DNA of 60,932 bases from Gammaproteobacteria bacterium (GCA_004357495.1 SMWD01000005.1:1-60932); one strand, 5' to 3'; positions 23,542 to 33,712 are shown, counted from the stretch's first letter. Numbers and translations: made by a program. Notes: generated by a model not told the origin, from the letters alone.

Positions 23542-23593
23542 GCGTCGATTGACGAATGCACAACACTTGGATTAAGGATTACAAGGTGACACC

Positions 23594-24376
23594 ATGGCCC
23601 AATTCAGGCTTCCGCCCAATTCGCGTTTGCAGAAGGGCAGGTTTTTCGAGGCTCCCGCAGGCGCAAAGCAGATCAGACGGTTCGAGGTCTATCGTTACGA
23701 CCCCGACACCGGCGAGAACCCGCGAGTGGACCACTACGACGTGGCGCTCGACCAGTGCGGTCCAATGGTCCTGGACGGGCTGATCAAGATCAAGAACGAG
23801 GTCGACCCGACACTGACCTTCCGGCGTTCCTGCCGCGAGGGCATCTGCGGTTCGTGCGCCATGAACATCGACGGGCTGAATACGCTCGCGTGCACGCTGG
23901 CGATCGATGACATCAAGGGGCCCGTCAAGGTTTACCCGCTGCCGCACATGGAGGTCATCAAGGATCTGGTGCCGGACCTGACCCACTTCTACGCGCAGTA
24001 TGCATCGATCAAGCCATGGCTGCAGACGCGCACGCCGGCGCCGCCGGACCGGGAGCGCCTGCAATCCAGGGCAGAGCAGGAACTGATCAACTCGCCATCG
24101 GCGTGCATTCTGTGTGCCTGCTGTTCGACGAGTTGTCCGAGTTATTGGTGGAATAGTGATCGCTATCTCGGCCCCGCGGCATTGCTTGCAGCCTATCGCT
24201 GGCTGGTCGATAGCCGGGACGAGGCGAGCGGCGAGCGGCTCGATGCGCTCGAGGATTCGTTCCGGCTGTATCGGTGCCATACGATCATGAATTGCACCAA
24301 CTCGTGTCCGAAGGATCTGAACCCGGCGCGAGCCATAGCCGAAATCAAGAAGACGCTGGCCGTCCGACGGATGTAG
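23594..24376 (+). CDS. sdhB: Succinate dehydrogenase iron-sulfur subunit
   Basis: '[16 protein letters not shown]', '[17 protein letters not shown]', '[17 protein letters not shown]'. Confidence 0.97.
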   Translation: MAQFRLPPNSRLQKGRFFEAPAGAKQIRRFEVYRYDPDTGENPRVDHYDVALDQCGPMVLDGLIKIKNEVDPTLTFRRSCREGICGSCAMNIDGLNTLACTLAIDDIKGPVKVYPLPHMEVIKDLVPDLTHFYAQYASIKPWLQTRTPAPPDRERLQSRAEQELINSPSACILCACCSTSCPSYWWNSDRYLGPAALLAAYRWLVDSRDEASGERLDALEDSFRLYRCHTIMNCTNSCPKDLNPARAIAEIKKTLAVRRM

Positions 24377-24399
24377 TCGTCGCAGACCCGATCGGCGGC

Positions 24400-24642
24400 A
24401 TGGATTCCATCAAGCGTGCACGACTTGGTTGGCGTTGTCGCCGCGGCATGCGTGAACTCGACGTACTGCTGATGCGCTACATGGACCGCGATTACGAGCG
24501 CGCCGATGCGGCGGAGCAGGCAGCGTTCGAAACCCTGCTCGATTTCCAGGATCCGGAGATTCTCGACTTGCTCACGGGCCGCCTCACGGCGCAGGATGTG
24601 CGGTTGCAAGATGTGGTCGAACGGCTTTTATCGAACGATTGA
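24400..24642 (+). CDS. sdhE: FAD assembly factor SdhE (YgfY/CptB, SDHAF2-like)
   Basis: 'RLGWRCRRGMRELDVLLMRYMD...FETLLDFQDPEILDLLTG' contains the RGxxE motif. 80 aa from ATG 24400. Confidence 0.85.
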   Translation: MDSIKRARLGWRCRRGMRELDVLLMRYMDRDYERADAAEQAAFETLLDFQDPEILDLLTGRLTAQDVRLQDVVERLLSND

Positions 24643-24976
24643 ACTGGCGTCGGCGGATCGCGCCGCCCCGGTCGTGCGCCTGTTTGGCGGCCGGGTCGCG
24701 AGCGTCGTGGCGCAGGCATCAGGAAGCTGGTCGCTGCGGCTGGTGTCGCGCCAGGCATCTGCCGCTGCGCGGGGTGGCGCACTGGGTGATGAATGGCTGG
24801 AAGTGCGCCTGACGCACGGCTGGATTGCCGTCGGCGGGCGCCTGATCGGTTTGCGGTGGGTCGCCCGGGACGGGCGGCGTTTCGCCTGTTGGCTGTGGTG
24901 CCGCCGGCCCGGTAGCGCGCGCTGGCGACGGCTGCTGGTCAGGTTGCGGGTGCCTATGGCGGCCGGTTTGGCGTAA
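24611..24976 (+). CDS. Hypothetical protein with weak CptA/YgfX-like C-terminal half and no obvious TM segments
   Basis: Position directly after sdhE. The tail 'RLIGLRWVARDGRRFACWLWCRRPGSARWRRLLVRLR' resembles the end of YgfX/CptA proteins. The start is uncertain (ATG 24611 overlaps sdhE; GTG 24674 is an alternative). The Arg/Ala-rich composition could also be non-coding. Confidence 0.3.
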   Translation: MWSNGFYRTIELASADRAAPVVRLFGGRVASVVAQASGSWSLRLVSRQASAAARGGALGDEWLEVRLTHGWIAVGGRLIGLRWVARDGRRFACWLWCRRPGSARWRRLLVRLRVPMAAGLA

Positions 24977-25085
24977 AATCGGCCGGCTGCTGCGTTGCAT
25001 TAGGCCGCGTAGCGGGCCGAATTGGCCGGCAGTCTGGAGAGAGTCGAAAATTGTGACGGATGCCCGCAAAATCAAGCGCTGGCGC

Positions 25086-25112
25086 GAACTTATTGCGGCC
25101 GTACTGGTCTAT
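25086..25112 (+). promoter_or_regulatory. Candidate sigma-E (RpoE/AlgU)-dependent autoregulatory promoter
   Basis: GAACTT, then 16 nt, then TCTAT. Lies 48 nt upstream of the rpoE ATG. Matches the GAACTT-N16/17-TCnnA sigma-E consensus. Confidence 0.45.
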
Positions 25113-25159
25113 GCGAAGGACAGTGACTCGTTGTACGTCCGAGCGGGGGCCGCTCGGCG

Positions 25160-25750
25160 ATGAGCGGCAAGGCTGACGACCAGCGGCTTGTCGAACGGGT
25201 TCAGCAGGGCGACAAGCGAGCTTTTGATGTGCTGGTGCTGAAGTACCAGCACAAGATTTTGAAATTGATTATGCGTTACGTTCGTAATCCGGCGGATGCC
25301 CTTGATGTCTCGCAGGAGGCATTCATCAAGGCCTATCGCGCGCTACCGAATTTCCGGGGTGATAGTGCTTTTTATACGTGGTTGTACCGGATTGCGATCA
25401 ACACCGCGAAGAATCATCTGGTCGTAATGAAGCGGCGGCCGCTGGACTTCGATGTTGACTTGCAGGATCCGGAGTCCTACGAGGTCAATGCCCGGCTGCA
25501 GGATACCGATACCCCGGATGCGATCGCGCAGCGTGAAGAATTGCGTGAAACCGTCGAGGATGCAATCGAGGCTCTGCCGGAAGAATTGCGGGTCGCGATT
25601 GTTTTGCGCGAGATTGAGGGTATGAGTTACGAGGAGATCGCGAGCGCGATGGAGTGTCCGGTCGGGACGGTTCGTTCGCGTATCTTCAGAGCCAGAGAGG
25701 CGATTGACGGCCGCATCGGGAATTTATTACAGGGTGCCGACAGTGGTTGA
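25160..25750 (+). CDS. rpoE: RNA polymerase ECF sigma factor RpoE/AlgU
   Basis: 'DQRLVERVQQGDKRAFDVLVLKYQHKI', 'FYTWLYRIAINTAKN', 'SYEEIASAMECPVGTVRSRIFRAREAI'. Confidence 0.95.
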   Translation: MSGKADDQRLVERVQQGDKRAFDVLVLKYQHKILKLIMRYVRNPADALDVSQEAFIKAYRALPNFRGDSAFYTWLYRIAINTAKNHLVVMKRRPLDFDVDLQDPESYEVNARLQDTDTPDAIAQREELRETVEDAIEALPEELRVAIVLREIEGMSYEEIASAMECPVGTVRSRIFRAREAIDGRIGNLLQGADSG

Positions 25751-25780
25751 CGGGTACCCGGAGATGGAACGAGACGAGGC

Positions 25781-26365
25781 ATGGAGACGATGAGCCAGAC
25801 CATAAACGAACAGTTGTCTGCGTTACTCGACGGTGAGTTGCCGGTGGCCGAGGAAGAGTTGCTGCTGCGGCGCCTGGAGCGGGAACCGGAACTGCGTGAC
25901 CGGCTCGGCCGCTATGGGCTCGTCGGCGACCTGCTGGCGGGCGCCAGCGTCCAGCCCGGCGCACTGCAGCTTGCCGACCGGGTACGTGCGGCAATCGAAG
26001 CGGAGGCGGTTGCATCGCCGCGTGACGGGTCCGGCGCCGGCAGTCGCGCGGTTGGCTCCGGCTTCGTCGGTGCCGGTCTGGCGGCGGCAGTCGCGATGGT
26101 CGTCGCGCTGAATCTTGCGCCCGTCAAAGAGGGCACCCAGGCGTTGCAATTCATGGCTGGCGCCGGCGGCGTCACGGCTGTCACGGTGGCCGAGGTGGAT
26201 TCCGATTACGGGTACAGCGCGAGCATGGCAACCAGTCGTCTGATGCGTTATCTCGTGTCACACGCGGAGTATTCGAACCCGGCCACGCGCCAGTTCGTCG
26301 ATGCCCACTTGGTCATGCCGTCATTTCGGGTCGCAGCCTGGCGCCCGGCCGGGGCCGGTGAATGA
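25781..26365 (+). CDS. rseA: Anti-sigma-E factor (RseA/MucA family)
   Basis: N-terminal 'EQLSALLDGEL' and a central TM segment 'GFVGAGLAAAVAMVVALNL'. Position after rpoE. Confidence 0.8.
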   Translation: METMSQTINEQLSALLDGELPVAEEELLLRRLEREPELRDRLGRYGLVGDLLAGASVQPGALQLADRVRAAIEAEAVASPRDGSGAGSRAVGSGFVGAGLAAAVAMVVALNLAPVKEGTQALQFMAGAGGVTAVTVAEVDSDYGYSASMATSRLMRYLVSHAEYSNPATRQFVDAHLVMPSFRVAAWRPAGAGE

Positions 26366-27390
26366 CTGACCCCGTTCGGCCGGTCGTCATGCGCGGCGCG
26401 CTCTCGCTGTCGGTGTGCTCCGGCATGGTTTGGCTGTTGGCGTGGGTCGGCATCGCCGGCGCGGCGGACAGTCCACAAGCATGGCTCGAACGGATGGCCG
26501 ACGCGGCGGGAAAATACAACTTCCGCGGTACGCTCGTGCACATGTGCGGCGACAAGGTCGATGTCGTACATATCGTTCACCGCGTCGAGAACGGCGAGGT
26601 CACCGAACGCATCACGGCGATCGATTCCACCGGTCGCGAGATCATCCGAACCGCGGAGGAGGTCATGTGCATTCTCCCGGACCAGAAGCTCGTCATGGTC
26701 GATCAGCGCAACGCCGGCGTGACGATGCCGGCCGATGAGATCACTCGCATGCCGAGTTTCGCGTCGGTCAATCCGGCGATTTACCAGGTCGAGGTCCTCG
26801 CGACCGAGCGTATCGCCGGGCAGGATGCACAGGTCATCGTGGTGAGCCCCACGGATCAGTATCGCTTCGGTTATCGATTGTGGCTTGATACTGCGCGTGC
26901 GCTGCCGTTGAAGTACGAGTTGATGAACGGCAGCGGCCGTGCGCTCGAGCAGACCCTGTTTACCGAGATCACGTTCGATGAGAAGCTCCGGCAATCTGAC
27001 GTCGAACCGACCGTCGCCATGGATGATTTCGTCTGGCAGCGCACCGAGCCGATGCCAGCGCGTGCCGCCGACGCGAGCAGGTCCGGCGGGTGGGAATGCG
27101 CTGTTCTGCCGGTCGGTTTCGAGCTGACGATGGCGCGCTCCCAACTTGCCGGGGATAACGAGTCAACGATGGAGCATCTGGTGTATTCCGACGGCCTCGC
27201 GTCGGTTTCGGTGTTCATCGAAGCCGGCGTCACCGATGCCGCTCTGCAGGTCGGCAAGTCGCAGGTCGGCGCGACGGTTGCCTATACCACGATCATCGAC
27301 GGGTATCTGGTGACGGCGGTCGGCAGCGTGCCACTCAAGACTGCCAGGATGATTGCCCTGTCGGCGCGACCGGTCAACGCGAGACCCTGA
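26362..27390 (+). CDS. rseB: Sigma-E regulatory protein RseB/MucB
   Basis: Signal peptide, then 'AWLERMADAAGKYNFRGTLVH...'. 342 aa. ATGA overlap with rseA. Confidence 0.85.
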   Translation: MTDPVRPVVMRGALSLSVCSGMVWLLAWVGIAGAADSPQAWLERMADAAGKYNFRGTLVHMCGDKVDVVHIVHRVENGEVTERITAIDSTGREIIRTAEEVMCILPDQKLVMVDQRNAGVTMPADEITRMPSFASVNPAIYQVEVLATERIAGQDAQVIVVSPTDQYRFGYRLWLDTARALPLKYELMNGSGRALEQTLFTEITFDEKLRQSDVEPTVAMDDFVWQRTEPMPARAADASRSGGWECAVLPVGFELTMARSQLAGDNESTMEHLVYSDGLASVSVFIEAGVTDAALQVGKSQVGATVAYTTIIDGYLVTAVGSVPLKTARMIALSARPVNARP

Positions 27391-27397
27391 TCCGGCC

Positions 27398-27841
27398 GTG
27401 CTGTTCGCGACCGGCACCGTCACCTCCGCTCACGGCGCATTCGCGCGGATTACTATCGATGGCCTGCCTGCCTGCCAGGCTTGTGCGCAGCACGCGGGTT
27501 GCGGGCTTGGCCCGTTGCTGACGATGTTCGGGGCCAACCGGTCGCGGGTTCTCGACGTGCCTGATTGCCATCCGGAGCCGTTGCAGGTCGGGGATCGCGT
27601 ACGCGTTGTCCTGCGCGGGCGGCGGTTGGCGGCATTCGCCGTCCTCGCATACGGGGTGCCGCTGATCGGGCTGCTCGGCGGCGCGGCGCTGGCCACCGTC
27701 TGGATACCCGGCGCCGGCGACGGGGCGGCGGTCATCGGCGCAATCGCGGGGGCGGGAGCTGCCTGGTTGCTGATCAGCCTGGATGTCGTGCGTCGTTCGG
27801 CAGCGGCCGGACTGCCTGCCGCGGTTCAACGCATTGCATGA
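27398..27841 (+). CDS. rseC: SoxR-reducing system protein RseC/MucC
   Basis: 'ATGTVTSAHGAFARITIDGLPACQACAQHAGCGLG' followed by two TM helices. GTG 27398 lies just after the rseB stop. Confidence 0.75.
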   Translation: MLFATGTVTSAHGAFARITIDGLPACQACAQHAGCGLGPLLTMFGANRSRVLDVPDCHPEPLQVGDRVRVVLRGRRLAAFAVLAYGVPLIGLLGGAALATVWIPGAGDGAAVIGAIAGAGAAWLLISLDVVRRSAAAGLPAAVQRIA

Positions 27842-28101
27842 ACACCGGCGACGGGAGCCTGCCGGTCCTTGAGGTCTTCAGCCGGCGCGGCTGCCACTTG
27901 TGTGAGCAGCTACTGGGTGAACTGGAACCGCTGGTGCGGGGACGCGCGACAATCTCGGTATTCGACATCGACGACCGGCCGGAGTGGCAGGCGAATTATG
28001 GTGAACGGGTGCCGGTCGTTTGCTGTGACGGCGAGGAGATTTGTCAGTACAATCTGGATCGCCGCGCCGTACTGGACAAGATCGCCGCATACGACACCTG
28101 A
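27838..28101 (+). CDS. Glutaredoxin-like (DUF836) thioredoxin-fold protein
   Basis: 87 aa, 'LEVFSRRGCHLCEQLL' (CxxC) ... 'VPVVCCDGEEICQYNLD'. ATGA overlap with rseC. Confidence 0.7.
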   Translation: MNTGDGSLPVLEVFSRRGCHLCEQLLGELEPLVRGRATISVFDIDDRPEWQANYGERVPVVCCDGEEICQYNLDRRAVLDKIAAYDT

Positions 28102-28182
28102 CCCGCTGCGGGCCGGGCAGCCTGTTTCTCCATCCTTTGATTTATAATTCCAACGCCACGAGGCTATGGACTGCCCCCGCCG

Positions 28183-29976
28183 ATGCGCCATATACGCAAT
28201 TTTTCAATCATCGCCCACATTGATCACGGCAAATCCACGTTGTCGGATCGGTTGATCGAGCTGTGCGGGGGGCTCGAGAAGCGTGAAATGTCCAACCAGG
28301 TGCTCGACTCGATGGATATCGAGCGCGAAAGGGGCATCACGATCAAGGCGCAAAGCGTGTCGTTGAATTACCAGGCGAATAACGGCGAGACCTATATGCT
28401 GAACTTTATCGATACGCCCGGGCATGTCGATTTTTCATACGAGGTGTCACGCTCGCTGGCCGCCTGCGAGGGTGCGCTGCTGATCGTCGATGCGGCGCAG
28501 AGCGTAGAGGCGCAGAGTATCGCGAATTGTTACGCGGCGCTCGAGCAGGACCTGGAGATTTTGCCGGTCATCAACAAGATCGATTTACCGTCCGCCGATC
28601 CTGCGCGCGTCAAGCACGACATCCAGGAGATCATCGGCCTCGATGCGGATGACGCCGTCCTCGTCAGCGCGAAAACCGGCGAGGGCATTGCCGAACTGCT
28701 CGAGACGCTGCTGGTGCGTATTCCGCCACCGACCGGTGAACCGGATGGGCCGCTGCAGGCACTGATCATCGATTCCTGGTTCGATAATTACGTCGGCGTC
28801 GTCTCGCTGGTGCGGATAATGAACGGGGAACTGCCCGTTCGGAAAAAGATCACGATCATGTCGACAGGTGAATCGTATCCGGCGAATGATGTCGGCGTCT
28901 TCACGCCGAAGATGACGAGCCGCGATTGTCTGAAGACGGGCGAAGTCGGCTACCTGGTGGCGGGCATCAAGGATATCGACGGCGCGCCGGTCGGCGACAC
29001 GATCACGCTCGAGGCGCAGCCCGCAGCTGTGCCACTCGAGGGTTTTCGTCCGGTCAAGCCGCGGGTCTTCGCGGGCCTGTTCCCCGTGCAGTCTGACCAG
29101 TTCGAAGCGTTTCGCGACGCGCTGAAGAAGCTGCGCCTGAATGACGCAGCGCTGTATTTCGAACCCGAGTCATCGGCGGCTCTCGGCTTTGGCTTCCGAT
29201 GCGGCTTCCTCGGTATGCTGCACATGGAGATCGTTCAGGAGCGCATCGAGCGCGAGTACGGGCTGGATATCATTACGACCGCACCCACGGTTGCATTCGA
29301 GATCCTGCTGCGCACCGGGGAGGTGCTGAACATAGAAAACCCGGCAATGCTGCCGGCATCCGGCGACATCGACGAGATACGTGAGCCGTATATCACCGCC
29401 AGCCTGCTCATGCCGCAGGAGTATCTCGGTGCGGTAATCCAGCTGTGCGCGTCCAAACGCGGCATTCAGAAAAAGATCGAGTACCACGGCAACCAAGTGT
29501 CGCTCGAGTACGAGTTGCCGATGGCCGAGGTCGTACTCGATTTCTTTGACCGGCTCAAATCGGTCAGTCGCGGCCATGCGTCATTTGATTACGAGCTTTC
29601 GGGCTTTCGCGTCGGTGAGCTGGTCAAGCTGGATATACTGATCAACAAAGTGCGTGTCGATGCGTTGTCCCTGATCGTCCACCGCGAGTCGGCCCGTCGG
29701 CGCGGCCGCGAGCTGGTCGAGAAGCTCAAGGAGTTGATTCCGCGGCAGATGTTCTCGATTCCCGTCCAGGCTGCGATCGGCGGGGATATCGTGGCTCGCG
29801 CGGATATCAAGGCGTTCCGCAAGGATGTGACCGCGAAGCTGTATGGTGGTGACATCTCGCGCAAACGCAAGTTGCTCGAGAAACAAAAGGCCGGTAAAAA
29901 GCGTATGAAATCGTTTGGCAACGTCGAGATCCCGCAGGAGGCTTTTCTTGCCGTCCTGAAGGTCGGGCGTGATTAG
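28183..29976 (+). CDS. lepA: Translation elongation factor 4 (LepA)
   Basis: '[20 protein letters not shown]', 'DTPGHVDF', 'NKIDL'; LepA C-terminal domain; 597 aa. Confidence 0.97.
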   Translation: MRHIRNFSIIAHIDHGKSTLSDRLIELCGGLEKREMSNQVLDSMDIERERGITIKAQSVSLNYQANNGETYMLNFIDTPGHVDFSYEVSRSLAACEGALLIVDAAQSVEAQSIANCYAALEQDLEILPVINKIDLPSADPARVKHDIQEIIGLDADDAVLVSAKTGEGIAELLETLLVRIPPPTGEPDGPLQALIIDSWFDNYVGVVSLVRIMNGELPVRKKITIMSTGESYPANDVGVFTPKMTSRDCLKTGEVGYLVAGIKDIDGAPVGDTITLEAQPAAVPLEGFRPVKPRVFAGLFPVQSDQFEAFRDALKKLRLNDAALYFEPESSAALGFGFRCGFLGMLHMEIVQERIEREYGLDIITTAPTVAFEILLRTGEVLNIENPAMLPASGDIDEIREPYITASLLMPQEYLGAVIQLCASKRGIQKKIEYHGNQVSLEYELPMAEVVLDFFDRLKSVSRGHASFDYELSGFRVGELVKLDILINKVRVDALSLIVHRESARRRGRELVEKLKELIPRQMFSIPVQAAIGGDIVARADIKAFRKDVTAKLYGGDISRKRKLLEKQKAGKKRMKSFGNVEIPQEAFLAVLKVGRD

Positions 29977-30055
29977 GAAGTGTGATCAGGGCGTGACCGC
30001 ACGATTCGGAGCCCGGGTCCGAAACCGGAGGATACGGCATTGAGCGGAGCATTAT

Positions 30056-30832
30056 ATGAGTTTTGATTTTTCACTGATACTGGTCATCGTGACGTCCGTC
30101 AGCGGCTTGATCTGGGCTGTCGACGCCTGGTTTTTGCGGCGGAACCGGCCCGCACCGGTGCGGGGGCAGAAGTCGAACGAGCCGGTCATCGTCGAATACG
30201 CGCGTTCATTTTTTCCCGTGTTACTGATCGTTCTGACCGTGCGCTCATTTTTGTTCGAGCCCTTTCGTATCCCGTCGAGTTCGATGGTGCCGACCTTGCA
30301 CGTCGGCGACTTTATTTTCGTCAACAAGTACACCTACGGGCTGCGCTTACCGGTTACGAATACGAAGATTGTCAATCTTGGCATGCCGGAACGCGGCGAC
30401 GTCATCGTATTCAAGCTGCCGGCCGATCCGAGTACCAATTACATCAAGCGCCTGGTTGGGCTGCCGGGCGATACCGTCACCTACCGGAATCGTCGGCTGT
30501 ATATCAATGGTGTGCTGATTGAGACCACGAATCTGGGCAGGTACCGGGGTGAGGGGCAGCGCGATGCGTTGCTGTACAATGAGAATCTCGAGGGGGTCGA
30601 GCACGAGATTTTGCTGATGCCGGGTCGAGGCGGTCTGGAGGGGACATTCCAAGTGCCGGAGGATCATTACTTCATGATGGGTGATAACCGGGATAACAGC
30701 AAAGACAGTCGTTACCGCGGCGTCGGTGTCATTCCGGAAGGCAACGTGGTTGGCAAGGCCGTGCGGATCTGGATGAATTGGAGTTTTCCGGGCTGGCCTC
30801 GCTGGAGCCGCATCGGGCTGCCTGTTAAATAG
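30056..30832 (+). CDS. lepB: Signal peptidase I
   Basis: 'FRIPSSSMVPTLHVGDFIFVNK', 'YIKRLVGLPGD', 'YFMMGDNRDNSKDSRY'. Confidence 0.93.
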   Translation: MSFDFSLILVIVTSVSGLIWAVDAWFLRRNRPAPVRGQKSNEPVIVEYARSFFPVLLIVLTVRSFLFEPFRIPSSSMVPTLHVGDFIFVNKYTYGLRLPVTNTKIVNLGMPERGDVIVFKLPADPSTNYIKRLVGLPGDTVTYRNRRLYINGVLIETTNLGRYRGEGQRDALLYNENLEGVEHEILLMPGRGGLEGTFQVPEDHYFMMGDNRDNSKDSRYRGVGVIPEGNVVGKAVRIWMNWSFPGWPRWSRIGLPVK

Positions 30833-30897
30833 CGCACCGCGGGGTTTGTCCGCGGTGCCGGGTTGCCGGGGCTGGCGATCGATCGAGAGGTATCGGG

Positions 30898-31290
30898 TTG
30901 ATGAGCAATTTGGGAGCACCTGTTATGAGGCACGGGCAGCGTGGTGTCACGTTTATCAGTTTTATTGTCATCGCGGCTTTCGTCGCGTCATACGCATTTG
31001 CTGTGCTGAAGATCACGCCGTTCTATCTGGAGCAGATGAAGGTCTCGCGCATACTCACGGACGTCGAAACCAATCTGAGCGGCAGTAGCACGACCCTCGC
31101 CAAGATACGCTCGGCGATCAACAAGCGCCTGGATATCGAGATGGTTCGGGGCATGAACGCACTTGATTTCAAGATCAAGAAGTCGAAGAACGGATATACG
31201 GTCAACGCACAATACGAACGACGGGCCGCCTATTTCGGCAACCTGTCGCTGGTGGTGAGTTTCGACAAGTCCGTTGAGATCAAACGGTGA
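30898..31290 (+). CDS. DUF4845-like small membrane-anchored protein
   Basis: 'GVTFISFIVIAAFVASYAFAVLKITPFYLEQMKV'. Conserved position between lepB and rnc. Confidence 0.65.
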   Translation: MMSNLGAPVMRHGQRGVTFISFIVIAAFVASYAFAVLKITPFYLEQMKVSRILTDVETNLSGSSTTLAKIRSAINKRLDIEMVRGMNALDFKIKKSKNGYTVNAQYERRAAYFGNLSLVVSFDKSVEIKR

Positions 31291-31963
31291 CCGCATCAGT
31301 AATTGGTGTGACAAGGCGCTTGGCTACCGGTTTTCCGACGCGGAACTGCTGAACCGGGCGTTGACCCACCGCAGCGCGTCGGCAGAGAATAACGAGCGGC
31401 TCGAATTCCTCGGCGACGCTGTGCTTGGTCTGGTCATTGCCGATGCGATGTACGAGAGCAAGGCTGACGCGCCCGAAGGCATCCTCAGTCGATTCCGTTC
31501 GGAACTTGTCTGCGGCGAGACGCTGGCCGAGATCGGGCGCGAGATTGCTGTGGGTCCGCAGTTGATCATGGGCAGTGGCGAGTATCGCAGTGGCGGCTAC
31601 CAGCGCAAGTCCGTGCTGGCCAATGCCGTCGAGGCGGTCATCGGCGCGGTGTTTCTGGATGGCGGTTTCGTTGCGGCGCGGGAAGTCATTCTGAGGTTCT
31701 ATGCCGGCCGTCTCGCCAGTCTGCCCGATGAGGATGAACTCAAGGATCCGAAGACCCGCTTGCAGGAATATCTACAGTCGCGCCAGCTGGTGCCGCCGGA
31801 CTATGAATTATCTGATGTTTCGGGCGCGGCCCATGCCCAGACATTCGTTGTGAGTTGCTGCATCGGCTCGCTGGAACTCGTGACCAGCGGCACCGGCACC
31901 AGTCGCCGCCGCGCCGAGCAGGCTGCCGCCACCGCCGCGTTGGAGGAACTCGGGCATGGCTGA
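31274..31963 (+). CDS. rnc: Ribonuclease III
   Basis: 'LLNRALTHRSAS', 'NERLEFLGDAVLGLVIA'; dsRBD 'DPKTRLQEYLQ'. The TTG start at 31274 is uncertain. Confidence 0.93.
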   Translation: MRSNGDRISNWCDKALGYRFSDAELLNRALTHRSASAENNERLEFLGDAVLGLVIADAMYESKADAPEGILSRFRSELVCGETLAEIGREIAVGPQLIMGSGEYRSGGYQRKSVLANAVEAVIGAVFLDGGFVAAREVILRFYAGRLASLPDEDELKDPKTRLQEYLQSRQLVPPDYELSDVSGAAHAQTFVVSCCIGSLELVTSGTGTSRRRAEQAAATAALEELGHG

Positions 31964-32870
31964 CTCACCCGAGCGCTCTGCGTTTCGCGCCGGGTTCGTC
32001 GCTGTCATCGGGCGGCCGAACACCGGGAAGTCGACACTCGTCAACGCAATGGTCGGGGAGCAAATCAGCATCGTTACGTCGAAGCCGCAGACGACTCGCC
32101 ACAGCATTCTCGGTATCCTGCATGAGCCGGGTGTACAGGTTATCTTCGTCGATACACCCGGGATTCACCGCGGCGGGCGCAAGCTGATCAATCGCACGAT
32201 GAATCGCACGGCCGCGGCCTCACTGGCGGGCGCCGACGTCGCATTGTTCGTCGTTGATTCAAAAGGCTGGTCGCGTGGCGATGACGTGGTGTTGGCCAAG
32301 TTGAAAGATGCCGGAATTCCGACCCTGCTGGTCGTGAACAAGCTCGATCTGATGGAGCGCCGCCAGGATCTGCTGCCGGTGCTGCAGGACTACCAGGCAC
32401 GCGGCACGTTCGACGAGATCATCCCGATCTCGGCCCGGCGCGGTACCAACCTTGACCGACTGCTGGAATTGGTCAAGGCGCGTCTGCCCGACAGCGAGCC
32501 GCTGTTTCCGGCCGATATGACGACGGATCGCGGCATGGAGTTCCGGATCAGTGAAGTGTTTCGCGAGAAACTGCTCTCCACCCTCCGTGAAGAGGTGCCT
32601 TACGGGCTGGCGGTCGAGGTTCTGGCGCTCGAGCAGCGCGACGATATGTGGTTCGTCGACGCGCTGATCTGGGTCGAGAAAGACTCTCATCGGGGCATCG
32701 TTGTCGGGCGTGGCGGGAATCGGCTCAAGAAAATCAGCACCGATGCCCGCGTCGATCTCGAAGCCATGTTCGAGCGGCGCTTTTACGTCAAGGCGCACGT
32801 CAAGGTCAAAGAAAACTGGAGCGACAATGCACGCGCACTGCGTCAGCTCGGCTACGAGATGCCGGGATGA
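31956..32870 (+). CDS. era: GTPase Era
   Basis: 'GFVAVIGRPNTGKSTLVN', 'DTPGIH', 'NKLD'; KH domain 'IVVGRGGNRLKKI'. Confidence 0.95.
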   Translation: MADSPERSAFRAGFVAVIGRPNTGKSTLVNAMVGEQISIVTSKPQTTRHSILGILHEPGVQVIFVDTPGIHRGGRKLINRTMNRTAAASLAGADVALFVVDSKGWSRGDDVVLAKLKDAGIPTLLVVNKLDLMERRQDLLPVLQDYQARGTFDEIIPISARRGTNLDRLLELVKARLPDSEPLFPADMTTDRGMEFRISEVFREKLLSTLREEVPYGLAVEVLALEQRDDMWFVDALIWVEKDSHRGIVVGRGGNRLKKISTDARVDLEAMFERRFYVKAHVKVKENWSDNARALRQLGYEMPG

Positions 32871-33586
32871 GCGTGGTGGAACGAGTGGAACTGGAGGCGA
32901 GCTTCGTGCTGCATGCCCGTCCGTATCGTGAGTCGAGCCAGATCTGTGAGATGCTGAGTCAGCAGCACGGCCGCGTTGGGGTGGTCGCCAGGGGCGCGCG
33001 CCGCCCCCGGTCCCCGTGGCGCAGCCTGCTGCAGCCATTTCAGCCGCTACGAATATCATGGTTCGGGCGTGGCTCCCTCTACACACTCCGGGCCGCCGAG
33101 CCATCTTCGCGTCCGCTGCCGATAACCGGGCTCGCGCTGATGTCGGCCTATTATCTGAATGAATTGCTGATGATCCTGATGCAGCGGGTCGATCCGCATC
33201 CGGAGTTGTTTGCGCATTACGGCGCCGCGATCGGTGCATTATCGACGGGTGAGGAGCCGCAACGAATCCTGCGCCGGTTCGAGGTCGCACTGCTCAGCGA
33301 GATCGGTTACGGCCTGGTCGTCGATCTGGACGTCATCCAGCAGCAGCCGCTGGCCGCCGACCGGTATTATGAATATGTCATCGACCGGGGGCCGGTGCCG
33401 GTCGATGCCGGGTACGACGGCGACCTCGTGTTTTCCGGCGGCGCTCTGCATGCCATTGCCGCGGGTGAGCTGACGAATGACGAGCAACTGCGTAATGCCA
33501 AGCGGCTGCTGCGGCCGCTCTTGGACCGGGCGCTCGGCGGCAAGCCGCTGAAGACCCGCGAGGTGCTCGCGGCGATGCTGCGCTAG
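32867..33586 (+). CDS. recO: DNA repair protein RecO
   Basis: ATGA overlap with era. 'EASFVLHARPYRESSQICEMLSQQHGRVGVVARGARR'. Confidence 0.88.
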   Translation: MSVVERVELEASFVLHARPYRESSQICEMLSQQHGRVGVVARGARRPRSPWRSLLQPFQPLRISWFGRGSLYTLRAAEPSSRPLPITGLALMSAYYLNELLMILMQRVDPHPELFAHYGAAIGALSTGEEPQRILRRFEVALLSEIGYGLVVDLDVIQQQPLAADRYYEYVIDRGPVPVDAGYDGDLVFSGGALHAIAAGELTNDEQLRNAKRLLRPLLDRALGGKPLKTREVLAAMLR

Positions 33587-33712
33587 CACGGCGTGGGAGG
33601 TTCTGCTTCCACAAACTTCACCGGTAATTCATATACACTTTGCGCCTGCGCGGCATGCGCCGTGGCAGCAACCTGGTTCCTGATACCTGTAATGTGACGG
33701 GCAACGAATAAC

